Shown here: positions 1 to 10,464 of the stretch, piece by piece
Numbering within the stretch: the first letter of the stretch is position 1
How the letters are laid out: each line of letters opens with the position of its first letter
NCBI RefSeq assembly: GCF_004010195.1
Contig: NC_057758.1
Span: 9,234,623 to 9,298,622, forward strand
Direction: 5' to 3'
Length of the DNA: 64,000 bases
From: Chiloscyllium plagiosum
Taxonomy: Eukaryota
The notes under the pieces: generated by a model
Told to the model about the DNA's origin: nothing
Database searches by the model: none
What the model saw: only the letters and a program-made list of their open reading frames with translations
Program-made: the position numbers and the translations under genes

Positions 1-129
1 CATTTATCTCTCCACCCTTCAGGCATTCTGCCTGTATTCCTGATGAAGGGCTTTTGCCCGAAACGTCGATTTTACTGCTCCTCGCATGCTGCCTGAACTG
101 CTGTGCTTTTCCAGCACCTCTAATCCAGA
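1..129 (+). mobile_element. Penelope-like element 3' end (pLTR) fragment, inserted in CR1
   Basis: CTGATGAAGGGCTTTTGCCCGAAACGTCGA...ATGCTGCCTGAACTGCTGTGCTTTTCCAGCA, the same terminus as the copies at 3715, 25160 and 37766. Confidence 0.75.
40..67 (+). ncRNA. Minimal type I hammerhead ribozyme motif
   Basis: CUGAUGA-A-GGGC(UUUU)GCCC-GAAA-CGUC; palindromic stem III ACGU; predicted cleavage after C67. Confidence 0.7.
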
Positions 130-800
130 GAAATCTCGTTGTCTATGCACATAGAACACTGAAAGTTACCACCCAGATTGATAGGGTTGTTAAGAAGGCA
201 TACGATGTGTTAGCTTTTATTGGTGGAGGGATTGAGTTTTGGAGCCATGAGGTCACGCGGCAACTGTACTAAATTCTAGTGCGGCTGCACTTGGAGTATC
301 ACATTCAGTTCTGGTCATTGCATTGCAGGAAGCATATGGAAGCTTTGGAAAAGGGTTCAGAGGAGATTTGCTGGGATATTACCTGATACGGAGGTAACCA
401 CTTACGAAGAACGTCTGAGTAACTTAAGGCTGTTTTCGTAAGATTGAAGAAGGTTGAGAGGTGGCTTAATTGAGACATACACGATAATCAAAGAGTTAGA
501 TAGGGTGAACAGTGAGAACCACTTTCTTCGGAATGTGTTGGCTACCACGAGTGGACAGAGCTTTAAATTGAGGGGTGATAGATTCAGGACAGATTTCAGA
601 GACACTTTCTTTATTCAGAGAGTAGTAGGGGCGTGGAACAGTCTGCTTGCAACAGTCGTCGTTTCTCCAGCTTTAAGGGCATTAAAATATTCATTGGATA
701 GACATATGAATGAAAATGGAATAGTGTAGGTTACATGGGCTTCAGATTGGTTTCTCAGATCGGCGCAGTATGGAGGCCCGTTGGGCCTGTACTAGGTTCG
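130..800 (+). mobile_element. CR1 LINE 3' fragment (RT C-terminus + 3' UTR), decayed
   Basis: QIDRVVKKAYDVLAFI, RLRGGLIETY, FKLRGDRFRTD and RVVGAWNSL are CR1 ORF2 C-terminal motifs. Confidence 0.85.
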
Positions 801-1500
801 AGTCACAGAGTAATAGAGATGTACAGCACGGAAACACATCCTTCAGTCCAACTTGTCCATGCCGACCAGATATCCCAATTCAATCTATTCCCATCTGCCA
901 GCACCTGGCTCATACCAAACCCTTCTTAATCATTTGCCAATCCAGATGCCATTCAGTTTTGCAACTGTACCAGCCTCCACCACTTCCTCTGGCAGCTCAT
1001 CCATTCACGTACCACCCTTTGCATGAAAACGTTGCCCGTTAGCTCTCTTTTGTTGTATCTTTACTCTCTCACCCTAAACATATGCCCTTTATTTCTTGAC
1101 TCCTCCAGCCCAGGGAACAGACTTTGTTTATTTATTCTACCCATGCTCCTCATGATTTTATAAACCATTATATGGTCACCTCTGAGCCTCCGGCGCTCCA
1201 GGGAAAACAGCCCTAACCTATTCAATTTCTCCCTTTTGCTCAAATCCACCAATCCTGGCAACATCCTTGTATCCTTTTCTGAATCCTTTCAAGTTTCACA
1301 ACACCTTTCCGATAGGAAGGAGATCAGAATTGCACCCAATATTCCCACAGTAGCCTAACCAATGTCCTGTAAAGCCTCAACATGACCTCCCAACCCCTGT
1401 ACTCAATACTCCCACCAATAAAGGAAAGCATACAAAACGCCTTCTTCACTATCCTATCTACCTGCGACTCCACTTCCAAGATCTCTTTGTTCAGCAACGC
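801..1500 (-). mobile_element. CR1 LINE 3' fragment, decayed
   Basis: Minus ORF MLPGL...LNRLGLFSLERRRLRGD; tail-to-tail with the previous copy. Confidence 0.85.
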
Positions 1501-2127
1501 TCCCGAGGAGAATCTAAATAGTGAACCTAGTGAATTAAAAAAACCCTCAGGCTGTAAGTCAAAATGAGGTGAAGGAAGAATGAGCTATTTCTCCTTGGTA
1601 GGTGAGGTGAGTATAGATTTATGGTCTTCCAAATTATTTTCCAGAGCTTGTACGTCTGCCACAAGTATGTGGGGACGGGGACTTCAGTCTCAACTGTAGG
1701 CCAGCATTTCTCCCACATTTCCTGGGTAATTGGCTATGTGTTTTCAAACATGGCAGTCTCAGTGGATGGGATGATGTTCCAGAAGGGAAATAGGTGCACC
1801 TGATGTGATCCTTGCCATTGGTTGCGGCTTTGGCCTTTCTGGAGATCTTGTTGGTAGTGTGCTCAGGCCTCAATGTTAGGGCTCCACATCATTGTTAGGC
1901 CTTTGGGTCCATTCTATGGAGCCAGATTGCCAATCGACTCCATGGCGAGCCTTCAAGGAAGTGAGAAGTGATTGTCCACGTCATTGTCACAGTTGTAGTT
2001 GAAACGCCGTCAATTCACACAGTCAGGCATTCCGGAGGTCCTAGTCTCTGTCTGGTCAGATCTTAAATGCTGCCAGATGTGGCTCTGCACTTAAGTAGTA
2101 TTGAGGCTATTGCGTTCATGGAAGGTA

Positions 2128-2880
2128 GACCATAGAACAGTACAGCACAGGGACAGACCTTTGAGCCACCATGTCTGTGTAGACAGTGATGCCATTTTCA
2201 TCTAAACGCATCTGCTTGCACATGGTCCATATACCCCTATAACCTGCGTGGTCATGTGCCTGTCTAAATGAGTCTTGGATGCTGCTATTTTATCTGTTTC
2301 TACCACCTCCTCCGGCAGCAAGTTCAATACATTTACCACCTTCTGTGTAAAAGAAATTGACTTGCACTTCTCTGTAAAATTTCCTTTCTCCTGTTAAAAC
2401 CATTGTCCCCAGTATTTGAGATTTATTTTCAGGGAGACAAAAAACGAGCTCTGATTATCCAAATTGTACATGCATATCAGATTTGTATATAAACTTGTCA
2501 GTTTGTTCCTCAGTCTCCTGCGGCCTCGTGAAAACAATCCAAGTTAGTTCAACCTTATCGTTGCTGCCCACCAATCCAGGTAACAAACTTGTTAACCTCT
2601 CTTGTGCCCTCGACAAAGCTTCTGCATTGTTTCCATTGTGTGGCGACCATAACTGCTTACAATGCTTGATTATGGTCCAAATAAAGATATTTTTACAGCA
2701 GAAATACGTTTTGTGACATTTTATACTCAAAGCACAGACTAATGAGAGCAAGTATGCCATACATTTATTTACGCACTTATTCACTTGTTTCACACATCCA
2801 GGACCTTCTGCCACAAACTCCATCTGTATGTCCATCATGATCAGGGTCTTTCCATTTTCTACATATGTTTCTCTGCAACT
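2128..2880 (-). mobile_element. CR1 LINE 3' fragment, decayed
   Basis: Minus ORF ...CKQLWSPH...AQERLTSLLPGL; 3' tail seen as catagaacagtacagcacag on plus. Confidence 0.75.
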
Positions 2881-2886
2881 TGACTT

Positions 2887-2985
2887 CCAGCGCTTCATCG
2901 GAGGCTCATTGATGATATTTGCGAGAATGGTGACAAACTTTCTGAGAACAAATCCACCAGCTCAGCGAGCTAACTTACAATCTGA
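2887..2985 (+). mobile_element. Penelope-like (Poseidon-type) 3' terminal fragment with degenerate hammerhead
   Basis: ccagcgcttcatcggaggctcattgatga... matches the reverse complement of the terminus of the element at 51672-51770. Confidence 0.6.
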
Positions 2986-2994
2986 TAAAATATA

Positions 2995-3475
2995 CCTTTT
3001 ACACATCCGTTGTATGGAGCGGGATATCAGCTCGTTTCTCGACATTTCATGGCATTATCTCGGCTCAGCATGCAAGTGAATCCTGCCGATGTACGTACCA
3101 TGAGATACCGGGAGTGATCGGAGAGGCTGCAATGTCAACAGCACGGATTGTTTGTGTGGCGCTGGCACCGAGAACAGACAGAAGAGCGAGATAACTGCAG
3201 GAAAACTGTTGAACTGTGAACCTTTTCCTTTGTAACCTAGTTTACTCTATGAGAAACTTTAGTTAAAACTTCTACCAATTAATTTAATTTTCTAATATTT
3301 TATGAAGGGATACTTAACTTTTGAACTTTTGATTCTCTTATTAATTTGTATCTAAACCCTCTTGAGCCATGTGCCTTGGCATCTAAGATGGCATCTCGTG
3401 TGGCAATATCATACAACTTTCACTTTACACCTGTACTTCTATACTTGACTTCATTTGACAAATCAAATCTCAAAA
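2995..3475 (+). mobile_element. Non-autonomous retroposon-like repeat with LINE-type tail
   Basis: Tail ctaagatggc...gtggc...tttcact...tgacaa plus an A-rich end, shared with 36555-36660 and 44915-45020. Confidence 0.45.
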
Positions 3476-3669
3476 ATCGCTTTTTCAGCAGGAATTAGAA
3501 GATGGGACATCTTGCAGCAGTAAATGTCATATGACCATGCAAAATTGAGACAGTGGCTTAAGTTATGACAATGATACGGCGCTTAAATTGAGTGTAGCAC
3601 AAATAGAGCTGAAAATGTGTTGCTGGAAAAGCTCAGCAGGTCAGGCAGTATCCAAGGAACAGGAGAATC

Positions 3670-3697
3670 GACGTTTCGGGTATGAGCCCTTCTTCAG
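3670..3697 (-). ncRNA. Minimal hammerhead ribozyme motif (one stem II mismatch)
   Basis: Minus strand CUGAAGA-A-GGGC(UCAU)ACCC-GAAA-CGUC. Confidence 0.55.
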
Positions 3698-3717
3698 GAA
3701 GGGCACCTAAAAGGTTC

Positions 3718-3745
3718 CTGAAGAAGGGCTCATGCCCGAAACGTC
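3718..3745 (+). ncRNA. Minimal hammerhead ribozyme motif
   Basis: CUGAAGA-A-GGGC(UCAU)GCCC-GAAA-CGUC. Confidence 0.65.
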
Positions 3746-5034
3746 TATTCTCCTGTTCATTGGATGCTGCCTGACCTGCTGCGCTTTTCCAGCAACACAT
3801 TTTCAGCTCTGATCTCCATAGTCTGCAGTCCTCACTTTCTCCCTTTAGCACAAATAGAGCAAAGCTCTACCGCTTTTAAAGTTGTTTTATTGTTAGAAAA
3901 GAGAGTTGAGACCTTCAGACAGAGACCTTCAGTCCCTCCTTCAGCAGGGAGGAGAGTGGAGCTGTCACCACAGCCAGATCATCCATGACCTTATTAAAGT
4001 TTGGTGCTAGTGTATTAGCTGGACAAATAGCATCTGTTTTAGCTCACATAGTTGCACTTTAGTCTGAGAACGCAGTTTTACAATATCAAATATCATTTTG
4101 TCGAATGTGCCCCAGTTAGTTATTGGAAAAAAAAGGGAAACTTTATTCCACTTTGCCACCTGTGTAGACGCAAATGAGTAAAAGGTTTTTTTTGGGGGGA
4201 ATGGAGCTGTAGGTTGGAGGTTACATTATATCAACAATGATTGTACTGAACGAAAGTTAGTTATTTCGCGTTCAATTTCCTGAATTCCAATGATTTGTGA
4301 TGCACTTTATCTTAATTTTTCCTAAAGCGTGGTCTACCTCTTTTCAAGTTATGAATTAATTCAATACCATATCTTTCCAAGTGAACTCTGAACTATTTCT
4401 GAACAAGCTTCTTGTTCCCTCAAATCCCCCCTTTCATTTGCTTTTTGTTCGACACAACACTCACTGTGGCCCGCCCGCACTGAGTCAGTCTTCTTTTAAA
4501 AAAAATCCCCACGTTACAGCGAGACAGCTTTGTGTCCAGGGAGCCAGCTTCAAGCGGAGCCCGCATAGGGCAATGCCTACGTGAACGACTAAGTGGAGTG
4601 TACGGATCAAATAAAAATTGAAAGGGGACATAAGAAATCGTGCGCCCCTCTTCTGAAATGATTGATGGACACTGAATCCTCCCTCTTCAAGGACTCCGAT
4701 TACCTGGCTTCCATGAATACTTCTTGAAATATTGGCTTCTGGAATTCCAATGTAATTATTCACCATCTGCTTCGTTGAAAGCTCGGATGATTTTCAACAT
4801 CTGGGTATGGGCATCTGGGAGATGCTTTTTTCATGTTACCAACTTCTTATACTCTAAAACAACAACCACAACAAATATTTTTATGCATGCCAAACACAAA
4901 TACGAGAAAGAGCAAACTACTTTGGACATTATGCAAAATGAAAAGTCTCCTACAGCATATCAGCACAAATTCAAATTCGTGCCCATTTAAATTTTCAGGG
5001 CTGGTACTGATCGGTGTTTGGTACAAAAAATGCC

Positions 5035-6100
5035 TCCAATCTGCCTCAAAACAAAATTCTCTGAATGCAGATACAACATTTGATTACATACAAAGTAAAG
5101 CTACCTCTACACTGTTCGATCAAACAATCCCAGTTCTTGTTCATAAACAAAAGAAAGCACAATGATGAACTGTATAGAATGATATCAGAGAGAAGGAGGT
5201 CATATAAACTCTTATGTCTATCCTGGCTTCCGAATTAACTATCCAACTAATCCCAGTAACCAGTTGTATTTCTGTATCCGTCGAACGCCAATATGCTGTT
5301 TACAAATGAAGATCAGGTTATAAACAAAATACAATGACTCGTTGTAGAGAGAGAGTACTCAGGATTTAAATCGGAAAAAGTGAAGCTCAAGTTATAGAGA
5401 ATATCTAATGGCTCATTGTTGAGAGCTAGGACTCAGAAGTCAAATCCGAAAAAGTGAGATGTAAGAATGAGATTTAGCAAACATCAAAGAAACATTCGCT
5501 CTGTTACTAAGATATTTTTGTTGGTGATGGCAATGATTATCTTTAAGTACAAACGTGAACTTTTGTTCATTCATTCGACAGCACAAAGCGTGAAAAATAT
5601 GTCTGAGAGAAATCAGTTGATGTAAGTGCACTCGTGCCTCTACGAATGCGTGCTGTATACACAGAAATGCTCATTTTCTTTATCTAATTCAATTGTCTAA
5701 CCTAGGACTTTGACTTCTGGATTTATATTCACAAACGCCCCATTGGTTGCAAATAAAATGTCGAAGCAAAAACATCAAAATAATAAATTAAGTTCAAATC
5801 AAAACAAGGGAAGTTGCAGGATATTGACCTCTGCTACAAATAAGAAGGTACTTCCGTGGCATCACTTGGGGGAGGGATTTCCATCGTTTTAAATTCAAAA
5901 CTTTCCTTTCAACGTTCTTTCCCACAATCAATGAAGCATCTCAAACGAGGCCAGTATTCCACTAAATTACGATTTGATTGAAGTTTTAATACACTAAAGC
6001 TGAACAAGTCTTAGAATTTTGATTGCAGCACAACACACATCTCACAAGGTGATATGTTTCGAGCTCTTGTATTTCTATAATGCTTCTAAGATCTTGCTAA
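5035..6100 (+). repeat. Diverged ~1 kb duplicated segment, copy 1 (copy 2 at 21165-22128)
   Basis: Colinear shared blocks such as acaatcccag..cttgttca, ctgagagaaatc.gttgat, acttctggatttatattca and atttgattga.gttttaat.cact.aagct.aacaa.tct.agaatt. Confidence 0.75.
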
Positions 6101-6114
6101 GTTGCAAAATAAGT

Positions 6115-6910
6115 AAGACCATAAGACTGTACGGTTTCGGAGTGGATGTAAGGCCATTCGATACACCGAATCCACTCCGCTATTCAATCATGGCTGATAG
6201 GCATTTCAACACCACTTACCCGCACTCTCCTTGTCCCCCTTAGTTCCTTGCGAGATTAAGAATTTATTAATGTCTGCGTTGAAGACATTTAACATCCCGG
6301 CCTCCATTGCGCTCCGTGGCAGTGAATCCCACAGGTCCACCACTCTCTGGCTGAAAAACAATGTCTTCTCATTTCCGTTTTAAATTGACCTCCTCTAATT
6401 GTAAGGCTGTGCCCAAGAGTCCTTGCATCCCCGTCTGATGGAAACAATTTCCCAACCTCCACCATTTCTAAGCTGTGCATTATCTTATAAATTTCTATTA
6501 GATCTCCCCTCAACCTTCTGGACTCTAATGAATACAATCCCAGGATCCTTAGTCGTTCCTCATATGATAGGCCTACCATTCCTGGGATCATCCTTGTGAA
6601 TCTCCGCTGGACATGGTCCAATGCCAGTATGTCCTTCCTGAGGCGAGAGGCCAAAGATTGGACACAGTATTCTAAATGGGGCCTAACCAGAGTTTTATAA
6701 AGTCTCAGTAGCACATCACTGCTTTTACATTCCAACCCTCTTGAAATAAATGACAACATTACATTTGCTTTCTTAACCACGGACTCAACCTGCAAGTTAT
6801 CCTTTAGAGAAACTTGTACTAGCACTCCCAGATCCCTTTGTACTTTGGCTTTAGGAATTTTCTCACCGTTCAGAAAATGTCCATGCCTGTGGTTTTTGCT
6901 CCAAAGTGCA
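6115..6910 (-). mobile_element. CR1 LINE 3' fragment
   Basis: ORF 6289-6954: QRDLGVLV...LYKTLVRPHLEYCVQ...QRRFTRMIPGM..LSYEERLRILGLYSLESRRLRGDLIE. Confidence 0.9.
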
Positions 6911-7204
6911 AATGTAAGCGTTACTGATGTGCCTTCATTACAGTGTATACACACACGCTAAGATTGGAGATGCAGGAGGGAAGCAAGCTTCCATAACCAG
7001 TTATGACCAATTAATATATAAATTATCATTTTTTAGTGAACTAATGAATACAGTCGTGAAGTCCAAGAAAGAACTTTTCTTTTTTCATTGAACTAATTGG
7101 GAGAATTCTTGTCCAGTTACTGATCAGAAAAGAAATGCATCTAATCCTCTCTTGAATAATACTGATCGATGTGCTAAATTTGACTGGCATTTTTTTCCAG
7201 TGCT

Positions 7205-7400
7205 ATTAGCCACAATTTCCGCCATTTCCAGCGGTATCCAAGCACCCGACACATATTTCCTTCTCTATTGTCGGCCTTCCGCAAGCACCATTCCCTCTGG
7301 GACACCCTGGACCGTTCCTCATCCACTGCCAACATAACCCCCACCCCCAGAGCGTCATGCCACCTTTCCCTGCAACCACAGAAGCTGTAACACCTGCCCT
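7205..7400 (+). mobile_element. Penelope-like element internal fragment (RT-GIY-YIG linker)
   Basis: Degenerate HNFRHFQR..STRHIFP...SAFRKHHSLWDTL...TFPCNHRSCNTCP, a Cys-rich linker like that at 19250-19400. Confidence 0.65.
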
Positions 7401-7499
7401 GTCTTCGATGCCCCATCTGAAGAAAGCCAGCTTGTTGCATGCGTTCTTGGCCACGGTATCTGTGCGATTTAGCGCTTTCAGGTGTCTGGAGACCTTTAC

Positions 7500-8240
7500 T
7501 CCAAATCCTTCTCCATGTCAATCAGGCTAAGGGTTCCGCCCTTTACTCTATACTTAATACTATAATTTGATTTTACGAAAATTACATTTTCTGGATCAAG
7601 CTTCATCTGCCATTTCTCTACCTAAACCTGCAATCTGTCTCTATGCCGTTGTATCCTTTGACAATTCTAACCAATATCTGCAAATGCAACAACTTTTGTA
7701 TCATCTACAAACTTACGAATCGGATCACCCACCCGCAGTTTACTTCAGATCATTTAAAAGGAACTGAAATAAAAAAAAGGTCCCAGCATTGATTTCAGCG
7801 AAATACCTCTAGTTACCTTTCTCTGTTCCCAAAAAAAAACACACTACCACCACAACTCTATGACCAAGCCCGTTCATCTAATCAGCACACATCGGAACCC
7901 ACTAGAATCTCCATTTTGTTCCAGCCTCTCGTGGGTACTTTATCAAATGCCTTCTTCAAGTCCATGTGGAAAACATCCAGTGCCTTTCCCTCATTAATCC
8001 CCTTCTTCAGAATCAGGTTGGTGCGAGATGAAAGTTTCAGCGGAAACCCATGCTGCCTATCACTAAGAAACCGATTCACTTCCAAATGTGTATGAATCTG
8101 GTCACTCAGTCTGTTCTCTAACAACTTCCCCAGCCCTTAAATCAGCCTCACCAACTACAGAATAATTATCCAGATTATCTCTGTTTCCCTTCGTAAACAA
8201 AGGAAGAAAACATAGGCCATTCTCCAGCCCTCTGGATCCT
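7500..8240 (-). mobile_element. CR1 LINE RT fragment
   Basis: Minus ORF HLEVNRFLSDRQHGF...LDVFHMDLKKAFDKVP. Confidence 0.8.
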
Positions 8241-9215
8241 CGCAGGATAGTGAAGAAGATGTATAGTATGCTTTCCTTTTTTTATTATAGCATTGAGTAT
8301 AGGAGTTGGGAGGTCATTTTGGAGCTGAATGTGACATTGGTTAGGCCACCTTGGAATATTATATGCAACTGTGGTTTCCTTCCTGTTGGAAATATTTTGT
8401 GAAACTGGAAAGCGTTCAGAACAGACGAGCCCACGTTTCTGGGATGGCACAATGATTCAGTGGTTAGCACTGCTGCCTGACAGCACAGAGGACCCGGTTT
8501 CGGATTCCAGCCTCGGGCGACTGTCTGTGTGGAGTGTGCATGCTCTCCCCGTGTCTGCATGGGTTTCCTCTGGTTTCCTTCCACAGTCCAACGATGTGCA
8601 GTTCAGGAGAATTGGTCATGCTAAATTACACCATAGTGTGAGGTGCATTAGTCAGTGGGATATGGGTCTGGGTGCGTTACTCTTCAGAGGGTCGGTGTGG
8701 ACTTCCTGGGCCGAAGGGCTTCTTTCCGCACTGCAGTGAATCTAAGCTAAAAGATGCTGCCAAGGTTGGAGGGTTTGAGCAGTACGGAGAGCCTGAATAG
8801 GCTGGTGCTGTTTTCCTTAGGTCTTCGGAGGTTGAAAGGTTTTCTGACGGAGGTTTAAAAATTCATGAAGGGCATGGATTGGGTAAATGGAAGAGGTCAC
8901 TTTTATGGATTGGACGAGTCCCAAACTAGACGGCACAGCATTAGGGAGAGAGGTGATAGATTTAAATTGGAATTAAGAAGCAACTTTTTCACGTAAAGTT
9001 TGCTGCGTGAAAGAGCTGCCAGAAGAACTGATGGAAGCTGGTACAATAACAATAGTTAAAAAGCACCCGGTTGTGTACATGAATAGGAACAGCTTTTTTT
9101 AGGGATATGGGCCAAGTGCTGGCTATTGGGAGTAGTTTAATTTAGGGTATCTGGTTGACATGGACGAGTTGGACCAAAGGGTGTGTCTCCATGCTGGGCG
9201 TCTTCATTACTCTAT
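8241..9215 (+). mobile_element. CR1 LINE 3' fragment interrupted by a SINE
   Basis: IEYRSWEVILEL..LVRPPLE; resumes at 8752 with MLPRLEGLS; 3' UTR ends ...gttggaccaaagggtgtgtctccatgctg...actctatga. Confidence 0.8.
8441..8750 (+). mobile_element. HE1/V-type tRNA-derived SINE
   Basis: A-box/B-box head (cagtggttagcactgctgcc...ggtttcggattcc), core gtgtggag..tgca..ctccccgtgtctgc.tgggtttcctc, CR1-like tail gggccgaagggc. Confidence 0.85.
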
Positions 9216-9244
9216 GAATCATGAATGATCCGGAAACATTAAGC

Positions 9245-9495
9245 TCACCACCTCCAACATAAATACTGGCTCAATAACCACGTGTTCAATTTACCATGTC
9301 TCTGTTCCTCGCCTAAGGAGCACGTCGTCCGGGAAGTAATCGGGAGATTGCTACCCGAGGGTTCCTGATTTTTAGACATAACTCTCTGAATTGCCGTTGC
9401 AAAGTTTCCTGCAATGCCAGCCTTGCCAATGTGGACAATGATTTCTGTCTGTCTGCCCGCCCGTTTTAGGCTGCACCGAAGTCTCGTTTGCATTT
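9245..9495 (-). mobile_element. CR1 ORF1 (SGNH esterase-like) remnant
   Basis: RLRCSLKRAGRQTEIIVHIG...KLNTWL resembles the CR1 ORF1 'EVVVHIGTND...NAWL' segment. Confidence 0.55.
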
Positions 9496-10464
9496 CTTTC
9501 AAAACCACCACAGCAACAAAGTTCAAAGTTATACGTACTACTTATCAAACTAGGTTTCCTTCTGGAATTTGATTTGTGATAGCATTAGCTATGCGTAGAA
9601 CAGTTTCAAAGGTTTAAATCCTTTGACATCAAACACTTTCCTTCCTTTTCGTGTTTAATCACTAAAACTAATTTATCTCACGTACTGAGCATTTTGTTTT
9701 CATTTTAGGCAGGGTCTATTGCATTCGTTGTCATTAGCATGAATATTGTTGCATTCACTTGTGTGTTTTTTTAATATAAGGTCTGCACCAGGTGTAAACG
9801 ATGATCCAAAATAGTTGTGTCTCTCGTGGTGTGCATCAGATATAAATAGGCGCATCACAATCCTTACTTCAGAAGCCAGAGGGTACCAATTCATTACTCT
9901 TGTTAAAAATGCATGCTCCTGCTAAAGCGCCGGTATTTGTACTTTATTACTCTGTATTTTGCAGTTTTTGGAGCTCCAGGTAAAGTATGAGGAAACAGTA
10001 TACTTGGCATAGTGATGTTGAACATGTGTTCATAAAATAGCTGTGAATTTATATATCCTGCGGCGTCTGATAAACTTCTAATTTAATCAGTTGAGCTTCG
10101 AAAGAACACTATAAGTTTTTGTTTTTTAATGTATTTAAACCTACATTAAGGTGACTCGCCGAGACAAAGAACGGAGACAATCAATGGCTTTCCTTCTAGA
10201 TGCGTATTTACTTTACGGTCACAACCTGCTTCCCTCAGATATTTATTGCAGACATGTCACCACTCAAATTTACTTTGTGTTATTTACTTGATTCCTTTAC
10301 TGACGATGTTTCCCATACTTTTCTGGAATATGTCTGCCATTAGCTGTTTCACATATTATCCAATCCAGGATCCTCTTCAAAAAGGTTTGGTTAAGTTGTT
10401 GTTTTAGAACTACTTCAGTACATTTGATACACTTACACCGAAATGTAGTTATGGAAGTACTTAC

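Larger units (their letters stand above)
3610..3845. mobile_element. Palindromic Penelope-derived mini-element (two inverted pLTR ends)
   Basis: Arms 3605-3700 and 3715-3810 are near-perfect reverse complements; 15-bp TSD TAGCACAAATAGAGC at 3595-3609 and 3846-3860. Confidence 0.85.

Noticed and set aside
1520..2125. Unassigned sequence with short ORFs (also 4380-4850)
   Set aside because: No recognisable motif, splice structure or repeat family.
5650..6050. LRR-like words (LSNL..LLDL, LSSNQ) in the duplicated segment
   Set aside because: Frames are not conserved between the two copies and stops intervene.
8441..8515. tRNA-like A/B boxes (also 47723, 20860-20937, 23996)
   Set aside because: SINE heads, not cloverleaf tRNA genes.
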